DNA of 64,000 nt. It comes from Octopus sinensis. Its lineage: Eukaryota. Below the pieces are notes generated by a model, which was given only the letters and a program-made list of their open reading frames with translations, was not told where the DNA came from and did not search any database. The DNA lies in contig NC_042998.1 in assembly GCF_006345805.1 (NCBI RefSeq), forward strand, positions 82,770,001 to 82,834,000, in the 5' to 3' direction. Positions 12,233 to 26,403 of this stretch are shown here, piece by piece (position 1 is the first letter of the stretch; each line of letters starts with the position of its first letter). The position numbers and the translations under genes are program-made.

Positions 12233-13423
12233 TGGGATATTTCAGCTCAATTTCAGCTGAGGAGATAATAACATGAAATAAAAGGTTTTCTTCGAGGACA
12301 ATGTTCTGCTCTCTCTTGAAGGCGAGCGCACAAAGTTAATATCGCAAGGTCAACATCCCAGCCACTATGTCAAAACGCCCGCAAATATTAAATTTATTCT
12401 TTAGAACAAAACGTAAACGAATCATACGCATTTATTTGCAGGCTTTGAATCCCGCATTAAAAGCCAGAAGATGAATATATATAAATAAAACAACGTTGTA
12501 TCCAGAGATTTTTATATAAGCTATGCTCCAGTACTCAATATATGCATATATCTGTTCAGGTTTTTATTAAATCTAATCCTATTATAGCATATTTCAATGT
12601 GAGGTGTGTCATGATGACATGATAATGCTGATGTTCAGGACCTTAAATCATTCAGTTGCTTGAACTTAATATAAAAGTATTAACATAGTTATATTCTCGT
12701 CATCATTAAAAACATCAGCTGAAGCTTGGATGACTGCAGTCTTAAACTATTTACTACAAATTCTAAAATAATGACTTTTCTTCTCTAACATTAATAGTTA
12801 TTATTGAAAGCATTCGTCCTGATGACATAGACAAAATAATATTTTTTCTGAAGCCACAAATTTTTATGCATGTTTGAATAGATAGTTTGGCTTTTGCTCA
12901 ACATGTTTACATCTTGTTCAGTCAATCATACACTGCTTTACAAAAGACCAGGAAGACCATGAAATTTATATCTCTTAACCAGATCAATCTTCTTGCCAAC
13001 TATCATTAGTTCCAAAATAGCCTATTGAAATTTCTTTTTCGGTATGCTGAAAATTAATACTAGAAAATTTGTTTAACTGTTTCGGAAGACGAATGATGGC
13101 ATACATATTCATTCTTAATAAATTCCGACATGAATATGCCTATTGCTATTGTATTTCGACGTTGAAGATCAACTTTTCCTTTCAGATGAATGCGCATTCA
13201 TAACAGATTCGAATCCTTGAGGACACGCGGTATTTCAACATTGCTGTGCCTCCTCAGCCAAAGGTAACACGGACTAATGAATCTAACAATTCTTTTTGAC
13301 TTTTGTTTATGAATTCGGCAAACGAATTATTAGCGTGCTGATATCCACCAAGTATAACTTGTAAATAGTCGTTGATTCTCGCTGTTTACATGATGATTTA
13401 TTAATTTCAAAATATTTTCCTAT

Positions 13424-13444
13424 AATTATTATTATTATTATTAT

Positions 13445-13475
<31 letters not shown>

Positions 13476-13560
13476 AAGAAGAAGAAGAAGAAGAAGAAGA
13501 AGAAGAAGAAGAAGAAGAAGAAGAAGAAGAAGAAGAAGAAGAAGAAGAAGAAGAAGAAGA
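13424..13560. repeat. (TAT)n followed by a long (GAA)n microsatellite
   Basis: Read directly from the sequence. Confidence 0.95.
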
Positions 13561-13857
13561 GTGCGACTGTTATTGAATGAACAATATTTGGGCACTTCGT
13601 GTGTCTCCCACGGCGTGAGTTTCGTCCGTCTTACGTTCTGAGTTGAAATCCCACTGAGGTCGACTTTCGGAGCCGAGCACTAGACTCGATGTAATCGACT
13701 TACACCATCTCCCGATCTTGCAGGCCTTATACCAAAAGTTGAAATCTTGAACTTGTGGAAGACACACGAAGTGTCGAAATATTGTTCATTCAATAACAGT
13801 CGCACACTTATTGTTTCTTTACCTTCTGGAGGAGTAACATCAATTCTTAAATATTAC

Positions 13858-13962
<105 letters not shown>

Positions 13963-14384
13963 ATATACTTCTTCGGAGAATTTGTCACTGAAGATGAAAC
14001 ACTGTGTCTAACGATCTGTTGACAATATTCTAAGCAATTATTCAAAATGTTTTTTCACACAAGTCTTTTTCAGAAATTTCTCTGGACATATTACTACTAG
14101 TGTAGTTAAACGTTTATGTACACATAAATATCACGCACATCGCTATTTTAGAGTAAGGCTGTTCCGAGTGTATATATTAATTTAATTCGAGCTTAGTCAG
14201 CTTTTGAACAAATCAGTGAATGCTTTGTTTACTGTTTTCTACATCGGAACGAATATTTCTCAGTTTAAATCAGAATGTCCACATGCATTTGCCACCGGAG
14301 AGACTAAATAAAGTCGAAACACCGAGTCTGACTTCCCATCGATAACATTCTGAGCAAGCTAATGCTGCTGTTCGTTTGTATATA

Positions 14385-14758
14385 TCCTGTGTGAAAAGTC
14401 TGGCTGCATACGTTAGCATATGTCAGGTGCATACAATTGACAACACAGTTAATTAAGATTTATTCAGTGAGTTCTATTCAACACATGTTTACACGTGGAA
14501 TTAGCAGAATCATTATTAACTTTAGATGGCTCGCAGGCGAGGTGAACAAATTAGTGAGGCATGAATTGCACGAAGCCGTCTTGCAGTCTTGGGAAGAGCC
14601 ATCTGAGGAGAAAATTCGTGGATGTATTCAACATCAAACTCGTGTTCGGCGTCAAATAGTTGACTGTCGTGGTGGTAACAGATTCGTGTAATAAATTTTG
14701 TGTTTATTTTTGTTTTATAATATATATTTTTCGGATGCAGCCAGACTTTTCACACATT
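14385..14758 (+). mobile_element. Internally deleted Tc1-like element
   Basis: TIRs tgtgtgaaaagtctggctgcat / atgcagccagacttttcacaca. Internal ELHEAVLQSWEE..IRGCI..IVDCRGG resembles a Tc1 transposase C-terminus. Confidence 0.75.
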
Positions 14759-15789
14759 ATAACTATAATATACATCGTTACGTTATTCATTATGCCCGCG
14801 CTATCCAGCGTAACTAGAGGCTAAACAGCAATCTATCTTACATTAATCTGCTCAAACATGGCCAGCTGCGGTTAAACAACAATCTATATATTTTTTTTTT
14901 TTTTCACTTTAAAGATATACAACTAATCTACAATTCTAACAACATTTTTAATCTTCTTATTTCATTGTTTTCATTCATTTTCTTGAACTATTTTCAATCT
15001 AAAACTGAAATACTTTGCCAATATGATTATAAATTACTTGTTTCTCTAATTCATAAACTGGTTGAGGTTCCCGTCCCACACGTAGACACATTTTTCACAT
15101 AACTTCTACGTTTGGATGTCCTTGCTACCGTCAACCATTTCACTTTACAGAGCGAGCCAGCTACATTTTATCGTGGCCACAGCACCAGAGAGGTTATCAT
15201 TCTAACCTCTCCAGTACCGGATTCTCTCCATTCGTTCGCTTACTGGCAACAGAGAGATTGCCTCGCCTCCGGCAACAGTAAGGTGAAAATTTTCTGCATG
15301 ATCTCAGTTTGTTTCTTCCTTCCTTTCACACACTATTGGATGAGAAGAGAACCAAAGTGTGAGAATGAGGGAGGAAAGATTGATAGAAGAGAACCAGACT
15401 AAAGGGACAAAAGTGACATGACAGAGTGATGAAAGAGAATGGGATGAAACAGCTATATGATGGTTGCTGATCATGATTTCCAATAGAAACATGACACAAG
15501 AAAGAGTATTACTGGGTGTATTACAGGAAAAAGAGTAATAAAAGAAAACTAGAGATAAAAGCGAGAGACTGGTAGAGGAAAGAGTAATCGAAGGTAGAAT
15601 GAGAGAGAGGGTGGGAAGAGAGCAATAGTTGGTTTGATTTCGTACAGCACAGCATTTCACTCCTTTGTTACTTCTTTCATGATGTTCAACAATCTAAGAT
15701 CAGTTTTTCTCCACTTTTTCACATGTCTTCTTCGATCTCCTACTGATTCTGTCAGCTAACGGTGACCGAATTTCATTACACAACTGGTG

Positions 15790-16000
15790 TGTTCCCTCGC
15801 ATCATTTGCTCGTATCAGTGCAGGCTTTTCATTTGCACACTACATCTTGTCTTTATTCAGTTTTTCTTTCAGTGCATTTATGCTACGTAATTTTTGCTTA
15901 CAAGTATTCGCACTTCATTTCTTACCGACCTTCACCAGTCTTCTGCATCCAAGGCCTTTGTTTCGCTGCTATGCATTTCAAACGCAAGTATACAACAATA
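15790..16000 (-). mobile_element. Old RTE LINE fragment
   Basis: SSETKALDAEDW*RSVRNE..ALKEKL resembles the RTE (G)SETW..ED..RL.RNE..LREKL region. Heavily decayed. Confidence 0.45.
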
Positions 16001-17158
16001 TGATCTATACGGATGTTAGAGAAAAATTCACATAGAAAAGCGAGATTAGATTCTATGGAGTTTGTTTCAGCAAATATGATAGTTCCCTAAACTTTCCATC
16101 CCAGTTCATATCCTGGAAGCTATGCTTTCGGGGCACACACCACTATTGATAATTAAACCTAAAAGAAAAAAAAACCATCAACTACATTTAAGAAAATCTA
16201 ACACTTGAAAGAATTTATTTCATGTGTATATTAGCTACTAATTATTTGTGTGCCTCTGTACCATATGAACTCAATTTTCCCTATCAGCCTCCCTGCTATC
16301 CTAATACACTTTTAAGCATCCATTGATTACTATTGGCATGCCTTATCCAATTCCTACGGGTCTTCTTTTTCTCTATATTTACCGCGACCACTTTACATAT
16401 GACAATAAAGTCTTTTCTTTCTTGCTCACTAAATCTTTAGTCTTTACAGTGTCTATTTTAACGACTCCCCATGCTAGGTTTCGCTTTCAATTTTGGAATT
16501 TATTATTATATAAATCTTCGACAGAGTCAGCAATATGAACTAGCTTATCTGTCAGGATTCTTAAAGGCAGCCAGTCTCAAATTTCGTTGTTAAATGGAAG
16601 ATGGCTAAAAGTTAAACCCTGATTTTCAATCTAAGCCTGTCGATCTGGCAAAATTAGATGCTGCCAACCGTACAAAATAAATTTCCTACAATATTGAGTT
16701 TTTTCCGCTTCGCTGACGACTGTGTATTTGCATGAAACCTGAGATTCCATATTGCAAAGGTCATAAGTTTGTCACTTTATTTCTGAACGTATTCATTTGA
16801 ACATTTGAGTTCCTTATAGGGAAACTAAGAATATTGTAAATTTAGAAATGTTTACTGATTAGAAATATAATACATTTACAATAAATGTGTACAGTATTTT
16901 GAAAAAAAAAAGCATATTTTCCTACAAAATAATATATGTAAGAATAATATTATATTTTAGGTCCAATATTTGTTTAATCTTTGTTCTTCTTTTTTAAAAA
17001 TGTTGAGTCATTTATCAATATTGTGTAAATCAAAAATAGTCATTTTGTCAGCATTTTTAAACTAATTCGACCAAGGAATTGTAAGTTCATGCGATAATGG
17101 TGATGTGTGTGTGTACATATATATATATATAATACATGCATACACACGTACATACATA

Positions 17159-19024
17159 TAGGCATCTCACCCCTCCGTTACTGGGACTTCGGTTACGTAT
17201 CTCGCTACTTAGAAAATTATAAATTATGACCACTACATTCAGTATATAGCCCTAATGAAATCTCGGATAAATTTTAACACATTTCAAAACTGAAATCACT
17301 ATACCTATCTTTGTATAATTTTTTTTTTAATGATTTATATTCAATACACCCGGCTGATCCCCGCGTCAATTTTCTGTCTTCATTCTTTGTACATGTTTTG
17401 TTGCTTGCAGCCTACCAATTATTTCTTTAAATTTTATTCGCTTTTTTCTCCTACAAACACTTGTTTATATTTCATTGCTCCCAGTATTCTTGCCAATACC
17501 TCCTATCGACATCTTGTTTGATCGTACATCACTTCCCACCACTTCACTCCTCAACCCTTTTCCTTATTTATTTATTTCTATGCTTACGCCCGAAGTAATA
17601 AGCACTCAGGCAAAAGCTTATGACATATAAGTGGGAAAAGTTCGTGCTAATAAAGACAAAATCCGGTCAAGTACTCATATAGCTCTTAGCTTTATCCTCA
17701 TTGTTTTATCATTGATCTTATGTGGTGCTTAATATAGAACGACTCCTGGGTGTGTGGGTCGACAATAAAATTAACCGTAATGTATCGACAAATATGTCTG
17801 TTTTTAAGTGAAAGTTAAAAGCTTGAAGTTTTAGAAGAAAATTCAACTTATAATGCAAAATTGTTACTGGTTAATAAAGGCGAGATTGAAAGCCTTAATT
17901 TGCACAACTTTAAAATGACCGGTGAATTTTCAAGTGCTGTTGCAGAAGCTATTGTTAACTATCCTGGGGAGCTGAAAATTTTATTGCTGAAGGAGACTAC
18001 ACAGCCGAACAATGTCGGTGAAACTGAGCTTTTCAGGAAATGCATGCATGCTAGGACGTTTATTCCAAGTGAAGAAAACTCAGTATCGAGATATGAAGCT
18101 ACCAAAAACCACCTGGCGTTTCTGGTTGGAAGAACTATAACAGGTGATACAAAATAAAAGCCCCTGTTTGTGTACCAAACTGAAAATCCGAAACCTGTGG
18201 ATAAAATAGAAAAGTCATGAAATAAAGTAAAACCTTCAGCTATGAATGGTACTGGAAAAATATATGGCTAGACTCTATCATTCGTTTTACAGGTTTTCCC
18301 CCTACAGAAAGTAACAGCTTCAGTAAGTTACTATAACACAGGCAAATGAATTCGTAAGTGAGGTGGTTGAATTGCTACAGTCCAATAGACAAACAATGTA
18401 CAGGGAAGAATTGATGGCGTTAGAGTAAGAGCGAGTTGCTACACAAGAAGATACAGAAACTCCACCCATTCCACTTTAGCTGATTGAAAAGAATATGGTT
18501 AAAGGTTTGAGCACTTAGAGAGGAAAGCCTACTAGCCTTTGTTGAAGACAAACTGATAACTATGAGCTCAGTTCCTACACTGAATTGCACACGGGAATGA
18601 TGTCGTTAACGTCAAACGTGTTTGGATAATTACTCCACCCATGAAGCAGGCACTAATAATGATGATCTACAAACCATAGAATAGAATCATTCTTTCTCTA
18701 AATAACTTACATTGCATCACCTACCATCGCACAACAGTCACCATCTTTGGTCATGAATACATACCGTGCTTTAATACTATTGTAATATAACTTATTACGC
18801 ATTTCTTTTCAAATGCCTCATGTATACGTATTCAACTGTCTGCCTTAAAAGACTATTTTTGTGCTTAAAATAGAAGGGGTTGGAATACTTTTAGGGCTTT
18901 TTTTAATATCCCGTCTTAATTTATAACATGAAAATAAATGGGAAAATATAATTCATGCTACGGAATTTCACATTACGGCAAAATTTTCAGGAAGGAGATA
19001 CTTCCATAAAGTGTGAGATGCCTA
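17159..19024 (+). mobile_element. Tigger/pogo-like DNA transposon with decayed, deleted transposase
   Basis: Perfect 12-bp terminal inverted repeat taggcatctcac (17159-17170) / gtgagatgccta (19013-19024). Transposase remnant 17861-18190: TGEFSSAVAEAIVNYPGELK..NVGETELFRKCMHARTFI..KNHLAFLVG..GDTK*KPLFVYQTENP (pogo DDE_1 pattern). Confidence 0.85.
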
Positions 19025-19116
19025 TGTATGTATGTATGTATGTATGTATGTATGTATGTATGTATGTATGTATGTATGTATGTATGTATGTATGTATGTA
19101 TGTATGTATGTATGTT

Positions 19117-19162
<46 letters not shown>

Positions 19163-19318
19163 AGATATATAGGTATATAGATATATATATGTGTCTATAC
19201 ATGTATATATGTAAGGTTTTATATGTGTGTGAATAGTTATTAAGCAGATATCTTCAAAATCATTTTATTGTTACTTGACTTAAATTCTTTTGGCTTCCTT
19301 CCATCTTCTTTCCGTTGA

Positions 19319-19559
19319 TTAAACATTATCTTTAAGAAGTTTTACCTCTGGTTTTAACTTAGTGCCGGTTATTTTCTTGCTTAACGGTTTTGTTTCTTTT
19401 TTACCTGGCGAAGGTACTGTCGACCATGTCTTGAAAGTTGTAGCAGAGCGGGTACATAATCCTTTACCTTGTATTAAAGTAAATCCATTCTCGTGTCCAG
19501 CAGCAGTAGCAGAAGCGGATGAATGAAACCTTCCTTCTCTTTCATCACACTGATTTCGC
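19319..19559 (-). other. Candidate exon of an unidentified gene
   Basis: Acceptor ttacaaattttag|G at 19560/19559. One frame is open for 79 codons to TAA at 19319; another gives 27 codons to TAA at 19474. No homology recognised. Confidence 0.3.
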
Positions 19560-19915
19560 CTAAAATTTGTAATAAAGATAAATTCAAGTATTTATTTGAA
19601 GATATAAAGAAATCACATTAATGAAGCTTTTATGCAATAACTATTTCCGTATTATTTGGTCCCTGCACTTGAAGAAAATATAAAATCTTTTCGGTTTTAC
19701 CGCGTACCCTCAAAATTAGACACTTTCTGTCTTCGATCTTCAACATTTCAAATACAATAAGTACAATAATTTTAAAAAATAGATGATAAATAGTTGTGAT
19801 TATTATGGTTATTATTTGCCCTGATGCAGTACAAGGCAGTGGCTCTCATGGCTTCTGATCTTAACTGATTGGAAGTGTTATCATGTACATGTTTTTTTCT
19901 AGATAGCTGTGTGGA

Positions 19916-20290
19916 TAGGTGCAGGAGTGGCTGTGTGGTAAGTAGCTTGCTTACCAACCACATGGCTCCCGCTTCAGTCCCACTGCGTGGCATCTTGGGC
20001 AAGTGTCTTCTACTATAGCCTCGGGCCGGCCAAAACCTTGTGAGTGGATTTGGTAGACGGAAACTGAAAGAAGCCCGTCGTATATATGTGTGTGTGTTTG
20101 TACCCCACCATCGCTTGACAAACAATATTGGTTTGTTTACGTCCCCGTAACTTAGCAGTTCGGCAAAAGTGACCGATAGAATAAGGCTTACATATAATGT
20201 CCTGCGTTCGATTTGTTCGACTAAAGGTGGTGCTCCAGCATGGCCGCAGTCAAAGACTGAAGCAAATAAAGGTAAAAGAATAAAAGAATA
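19916..20290 (+). mobile_element. SINE family B, complete
   Basis: Full head, body, short TG tract and tail. Confidence 0.85.
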
Positions 20291-20934
20291 TATTCTGCTC
20301 AATCCAACAGATTTGTTCATCAGTTGTTTGACCATAACCATTTGAGTATGTTATTGAGTGGATGATATGTGCATCTCTGATCACAAGCAGAAGTAGCGGG
20401 GAAGCATCATAGCCATTTGCTGAGATGAATTCTTTGGGGTTTGAATATTTCACCTCTGGAAACATGGGTATTTCGTTCAATATCCTTAAACAACCCTTAT
20501 TCAGGAACCTTTTGAGCGGGATGGGCTACTCAACCTGAAGAGCATTTTAAGTGGACGCCTCCTGTAAGGTCATGTGCTGTTTATCTCGATGTGAGACCAC
20601 CATGTCGCGCACATCAAGTACTATGATAGATGTAATCAACTAATCCTTTCTCACTGAAATCGCTGGCCTTGTGCCAAAATTTGAAGCCATTGTTAAGTGT
20701 CTAATTTAATTTTAAAAGCAATCAATCCTTTAATAATAATACCAATAGTAATCCGGTTGTTATTGCCAGCGTAGCAATTTACAAGCAATACAAAATGTGT
20801 CATGCAAAAAGAGTTAAATAACCATGTTGGGACTTACGTGTATGATAAAAGGTATGGATGCAGCAAAATGTAATACAATGTACTAAAGTATTTAAAATTC
20901 AGTACATAAAATAAATATGGAGTCTAACACTCAC

Positions 20935-21316
20935 ATATAGGATCTTTCAACCACGTTTTGTTACAAGAAACCACCTGCCCTCGTACCATGCCGTTAAAGT
21001 GACAAATAAGCAAAGGTTGGCTCTCGTATTCTCTTTCCCAATGTGCTGCAATATCAGCCTCTCTGTGGAAGTGTGATGTACCGGCTGTGTCTGTTTTCTT
21101 GCTCGTTATGTGAAACAAGGAGAAGACGAAGGCCAAATGTATGCCCTGATCCAGCTGGTGGAACACACATTCTGATATGCACCAGATGGAGCCATCCCAT
21201 TTCTTCATCCAATTGAAAAATACAGACAAGCCACTTTCCTCCACGCTTTCCTTAACGCATTTCTTGAGAAAGAAGTTGCTAAGTTCCGTAATATACCTCT
21301 TCTTGCTTCTTTCTTT
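20935..21316 (-). other. Candidate coding exon (127-codon open frame ending at a GTGAGT donor)
   Basis: Stop-free frame ..EESGLSVFFNWMKKWDGSIW..HWEREYESQPLLICH..WLKDPI followed by the consensus donor T|gtgagt. Acceptor unclear; product unrecognised. Confidence 0.35.
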
Positions 21317-22063
21317 TTAACAACATATATAATATGTAAAAGGTATTACATATGTTGTTTCTATGGTATGCTTATGAGGCTGCCTGTGAATGATATAACA
21401 ACACCAAGCAAACATTTAATAGTAACTTTTATTTCGCTGCACAAGTAATTTTGAGGTTGGTCATGAATTATATAGTTCGACAATATGTCAACACAATTGA
21501 AAGAATAACTCAGTAGCGTTCATAAATAGTTGATTACAAAGCTTTGTATTAAAGTTTGTTAAGACAGGAAAAAATACACATAGTAGATTCCTATTGGCCA
21601 ATGGTATCAATATATCTATGCTGAGCAAAAAGTCGTGTAAACGATTATTTGAAACGGCAAGTGAAAGTGTGAAGCAGGGTCGCAGGTTATCATGCACTCT
21701 GAAAGTTGGCGCTAAAAACAAGCCTTTACATAATCTTGGTAGGAAATGTTTTAGGACCGTCTAGAATGATCTTTCACGTGATGTCTGGCTGCTGATTGGT
21801 CAATAACTCGACATCTCGTGTGAATATGGTTGTTGTATGTCATGACTTAAACTTCGTAATTTGACCACTCAGCTTCGAGTCTTGCTACAAATATAACACA
21901 CAGACACACATACACACACAGACACACACACACAAACACACACATATACAAACGCACACTCATATACACACAAATACACACACACACATATACATACATA
22001 CAAACATACACACACACACACACATACACACAGATACTATTTAATATATGAATGTAACAAAGA

Positions 22064-22283
22064 CGGCAAGCTGGCAGAAACGTTAGCACGCCAGGCAAAA
22101 TGCTTAGCGGTATTTCGTCTGTCTTTATGCTCTGAGTTCAAATTCCGCCGAGGTTAATTTTGCTTTTTTATCCTTTCAAGATCGATAAGATAAGTGCTAG
22201 TTGAACACTGGAGTCGATGTAATCAACTAACCACCTCCCCCTCCTCCGAAAGGACTGGCCTTGTGCTAAAATTTGAAACCAAT
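22064..22283 (+). mobile_element. SINE family A (tail type 1)
   Basis: Head gcaagctggcagaaacgttagcacgcc; tail gtgctaaaatttgaaacc. Confidence 0.85.
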
Positions 22284-22384
22284 ATGTAACTGTAACATAA
22301 AAATCTATCTTATTTACGATACGTATATAATTTTTCTATTATATTCTTTTTGTGTGTGTGTTACATTCATATAAAAATTATATA

Positions 22385-22646
22385 TAGGGTGTTTAAAAAG
22401 TCTCTCCGTAGTAAGTATTTTATTGCAAAATAAATATTTATAAGATGGTATAAGACTACAAAAGAATATATTGGACTTTACAAGACTTGAAAAAACTTTA
22501 TAAGGGGTGTTGAAAGTCTTATCCTTCATTTTTCAATGCACAAGTTGACTTTTCTACACATGTTTTGAAATACATCTTGGAGAGTCTGACTCCTGGATAG
22601 TCAGGATGAAAAAAATCCACTGCGGAGAGACTTTTTGAACACCCTG
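22385..22646. mobile_element. Tc1/mariner-type MITE
   Basis: TIRs agggtgtttaaaaagtctctccg / cggagagactttttgaacaccctg with TA flanks. Confidence 0.8.
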
Positions 22647-23253
22647 TATATATAACGTATAGAATTACACCGGTTCTTGTCAAATTAAATAAGAAAAACA
22701 ACAATTTATACTTCTCATACAAAGACACATTAATTCTCAATTTAATTACATTCTCCATTCTTTTCATAAATGATATATGCAACAGCAATTATTACACAGA
22801 TCTTCTATGTATCAGTCACTCTCTAATGTAATTTCCTGTGGAGGTTCGAGAACGTGGCAAGAAAACAAAACAAATTTTGTCCCCAGATGCAGTACTATAT
22901 CCTATGGTACTGATAACAAGATCCAAGAGTTTCAAAAACAAAATGGTAAAAAGAGGAACCATTGCAGAAACTTGTAACTTAATTCGTTATTTATGTGTGA
23001 ACATAGAAATATACAATGCGTGAACAGTAGATTTAATAATTTAACAAACGTTGGCAAGGATGACAAAGTCTTCGGGAAGATGACAGGACGAAAAACAAAT
23101 TGTGTTAATGCCATCAGGTAGCTTTTCGATAAATTTGTAATGTGGCTTGTTGGGAAGAAAGACAGCAGAACGAGAGTAAAAACTGGCAGCAGTAAAAAAG
23201 ATAAACAAATATTCTGCTTTATTTTTCTATATACTGGTTCAAGCCAGCAAACA

Positions 23254-23291
<38 letters not shown>

Positions 23292-23324
23292 ACACACACA
23301 TGTACATAAATACATATGCATACA

Positions 23325-23543
23325 TGGGATATGTAACACACTGCCTAGATACCAATCTTGAGAAATTAGGCTTCCCAAAACAAGAAAGGGGAAAGCTGAT
23401 TCGAAGACAACAAATCCAGTCCATCACTGGAACTGTAAAAATCTGTAAAACTTTCCAGAAATTTATCATTTAAATATATATGAACATGTCTAGATATGTA
23501 ACAACATGTAGGAGAATATATACGTAAAACACACAAATCTGCA
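23325..23543 (+). mobile_element. Short 3' fragment of the (CATA)n-associated REL LINE
   Basis: Closely similar to the reverse complement of 6845-7065. 5' junction is gcataca|tggga; the 3' end is followed by (ACAT)n at 23544-23680. Confidence 0.88.
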
Positions 23544-23864
23544 CATACATACATACATACATACATACATACATACATACATACATACATACATACATAC
23601 ATACATACGTACGTACGTACGTACGTACATACATACATACATACATACATACATACATACATACATACATACATACATACAGTATAACACATAGACCATT
23701 ATTATATTTTAATAAAAGAATATGTACTCTGCGTTTATAATGTATAACGTTCTTTATTGATTTGTGGTCTTCATAAATGTGTTTCTGAGAATTACAGAAT
23801 TACACGGTGTTTGTATATATGTATACGACATACATACACATGTCATACATACATTTATATAGAG

Positions 23865-24460
23865 TATGAAGATTTACCAGGCATGTGAACTTAGCACTCT
23901 ACTGTATGGAAGTGAGACTTGAACGCCATACACACGCCAAGAGCGTCGCCTAAATATCTTTCACCTGCGCTGCTTCCGGAAAATCCTTGGCATCAAGTGG
24001 CAGAATCATGTCCCCAACAAAGATGTCCTCGAGCATGTTTGCACTCCTCACACAAAGACGTATGAGATGGCTTGGACATGTTAGCCGTATGGAAGATGGT
24101 AGAATCCCCAAGGACATACTCTACGGAGAGCTTGCTAGGGGTACTAGGTCTGTGGGAAGACCGTTCTTACGATACAAGTATGTTTGCAAAAGGGACATGA
24201 AGGCCTGCAACATCAATATTAACAACTGGGAAGCAGTTGCCAGCAACTGTAGAGATTGGTGACGTACCGTAAAAGAAGGAACACAAAGGAGTGACAGAGA
24301 GAGAGGGGGGATGGAAAGACAAGAAAAGACGTCAACAAGAAAGTATGACATTACAACCAGCCAGGCAAAGTCTTAGCTATATTTGCGGCACCTGCCAGAG
24401 GGAGTGTTTGTCCAAGATAGGACTACACGGCGACAGCAGGAGATGTATTAGGACATGAAA
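23865..24460 (+). mobile_element. RTE-clade LINE 3' fragment
   Basis: LLYGSET*..ERRLNIFHLRCFRKILGIKWQ..QRRMRWLGHVSRMEDGRIPKDILYGEL..GRP..WE, plus a terminal C..C...C.SKIGL finger. Confidence 0.9.
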
Positions 24461-24547
24461 TATAAAAGCCGGACAAAATTATTTTATGCGCAACTCCATT
24501 GTCTCTCGAGACAAAAAGGATGCCAAAAACAACTTTCGTTCTTTTGC

Positions 24548-24755
24548 TTGTTTTATTTGCTTCAATCATTTGACTGCGGCCATGCTGGAGCACCGCCTTT
24601 AGTCGAACAAATCGACCGCTGGACACATTCTTTGTAAACCTAGTACTTATTCTATCGCTTTCTTTTGACGAACCACTAAGTTACGGAGACGTAAACACAC
24701 CAACATCGGTTTTCAAGCGATGGTGGAGGGACAAACACAGACACAAATATGTGTG

Positions 24756-24786
<31 letters not shown>

Positions 24787-25080
24787 CATTTAGTAAATAC
24801 CAAAAAAAAAAACGAAGAGCAAACACAACAAAAACACAACAACACGAGGACGTGGTACATGCAAAGTATTAGTAGACGCTCAAGGAAGGAAAGAAAGGTA
24901 GTTTTACGTTTCAAGCAGACAGGCTTCTTTCAGTTTCTATCTATCAAATCCACTCAAAAGGCTTTAGTCGGCCCGAGGCTGTGATAGAAGACACTTGCCC
25001 AAGGTGTCACGCAGTAGGACTGAACCCGGAGGCATGTGGTTGGTAAGCAAGCTAACAACCACACAGCCACTCCTGCGCCT
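24548..25080 (-). mobile_element. SINE family B with expanded internal microsatellite region
   Basis: Reverse complement of tail at 24548-24745 and head at 24915-25080. Confidence 0.8.
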
Positions 25081-25795
25081 AGTCAGCCCCAGGATACAAC
25101 GTTTCCAGCTGGCTATACGATACAGAATCTGTCACGATGTCTTCTGAGGCTAAACAACAGTAGTGTTCATCCCAACCGGTACTACCTCATTAGATTGGCA
25201 GATAACCTTTACTATGTGTGTGTGTGTGTACCTGTGTGTGCGTCTGTGTGTGCACGCGCGAGCGTGTGTATGTGTATGTGCCACGGTTACTTTTTTTTAG
25301 TCTGTGGAGCCCTTTCTCACTCACCTCTCACAATCCTTTTGCAATACATATCTAAACTAAAGATACGGAGACCACTTTTTGACTCATCGGCTGATGTCTC
25401 CTGTAAAAGAGGCAAAACAACATTCTCAGAGCTCCACATTATATGCAAATTAGGGTTGTTATCCAACAAACCATGTTCAACTCATTTCTCTTATCCTCTG
25501 CATATTTCCCACATCTAATGATTGTCTCACTAATTCGTGGCATCAGTCTTCCAACATATGTTTTATACTCTCTGTTCTTTGTATGACTACAGAAAATTGT
25601 TGAGCCATCGTAGGTAAAAACACTTTGGATCTTTTTTTTTTTTACCACAGCTACAATTTTTAATATCTGATGCACAGATCAACACAGATAAATATACAGT
25701 TAGACAGACAGATTGAGAGACAAGTAAATATTTCGTCATGCTGACAGACAGACAGCGAGCCAGCCAGACAGACAGACAGGCAGGCAGACAGACAT

Positions 25796-25832
<37 letters not shown>

Positions 25833-25841
25833 TAGACAGGC

Positions 25842-25872
<31 letters not shown>

Positions 25873-25881
25873 TAGACAGGC

Positions 25882-25980
<99 letters not shown>

Positions 25981-26145
25981 CAGACAGATAGATATTTCTT
26001 CAGAGCCTTACATAATTGGATAAAATGTAGCTGCCTTTTTTCTATGGGAAGAATGCAACGCAGACATCAACACAAATGAGAAAGGATGTAGGTATGTTTC
26101 TGCAGGAAATAAACAGTACACATTTTAGCAGAACAATATGTAACT

Positions 26146-26403
26146 TAAAGTGATAGTATGATGTCAACTTACTGTGACAGTACCATGAAAGGGAAGAATG
26201 CTACTGTTATTTAGCCCTATTAAACACCGTTTCCTGCTGGACTTGACACATTTCCTGTGTTCTTATGTTTCCACTTTGAAAACATATGGACACAGGAAAT
26301 GTGTCGAGTCCAACAGGAAAGGTGTTTCCTAGGGCTAAATAACAGTAGGATTCTTCCCTTTCATGGGACTGTCATATTAAGTTGACAACATACTATCACT
26401 TTA
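26146..26403. mobile_element. 258-bp near-perfect palindrome (MITE-like)
   Basis: taaagtgatagtatg.. to ..catactatcacttta, with ~125-bp arms around a short loop at ~26274. Confidence 0.85.

Noticed and set aside
12950-13020. IVGKKIDL resembling a small-GTPase NKxD motif on the minus strand
   Set aside because: Flanked by stops, with no other G-box motifs; likely chance.
13186-13240. In-frame TGA in DECAFITDSNP*GH read as selenocysteine or an EGF-like Cys
   Set aside because: No EGF cysteine spacing downstream and no SECIS evidence.
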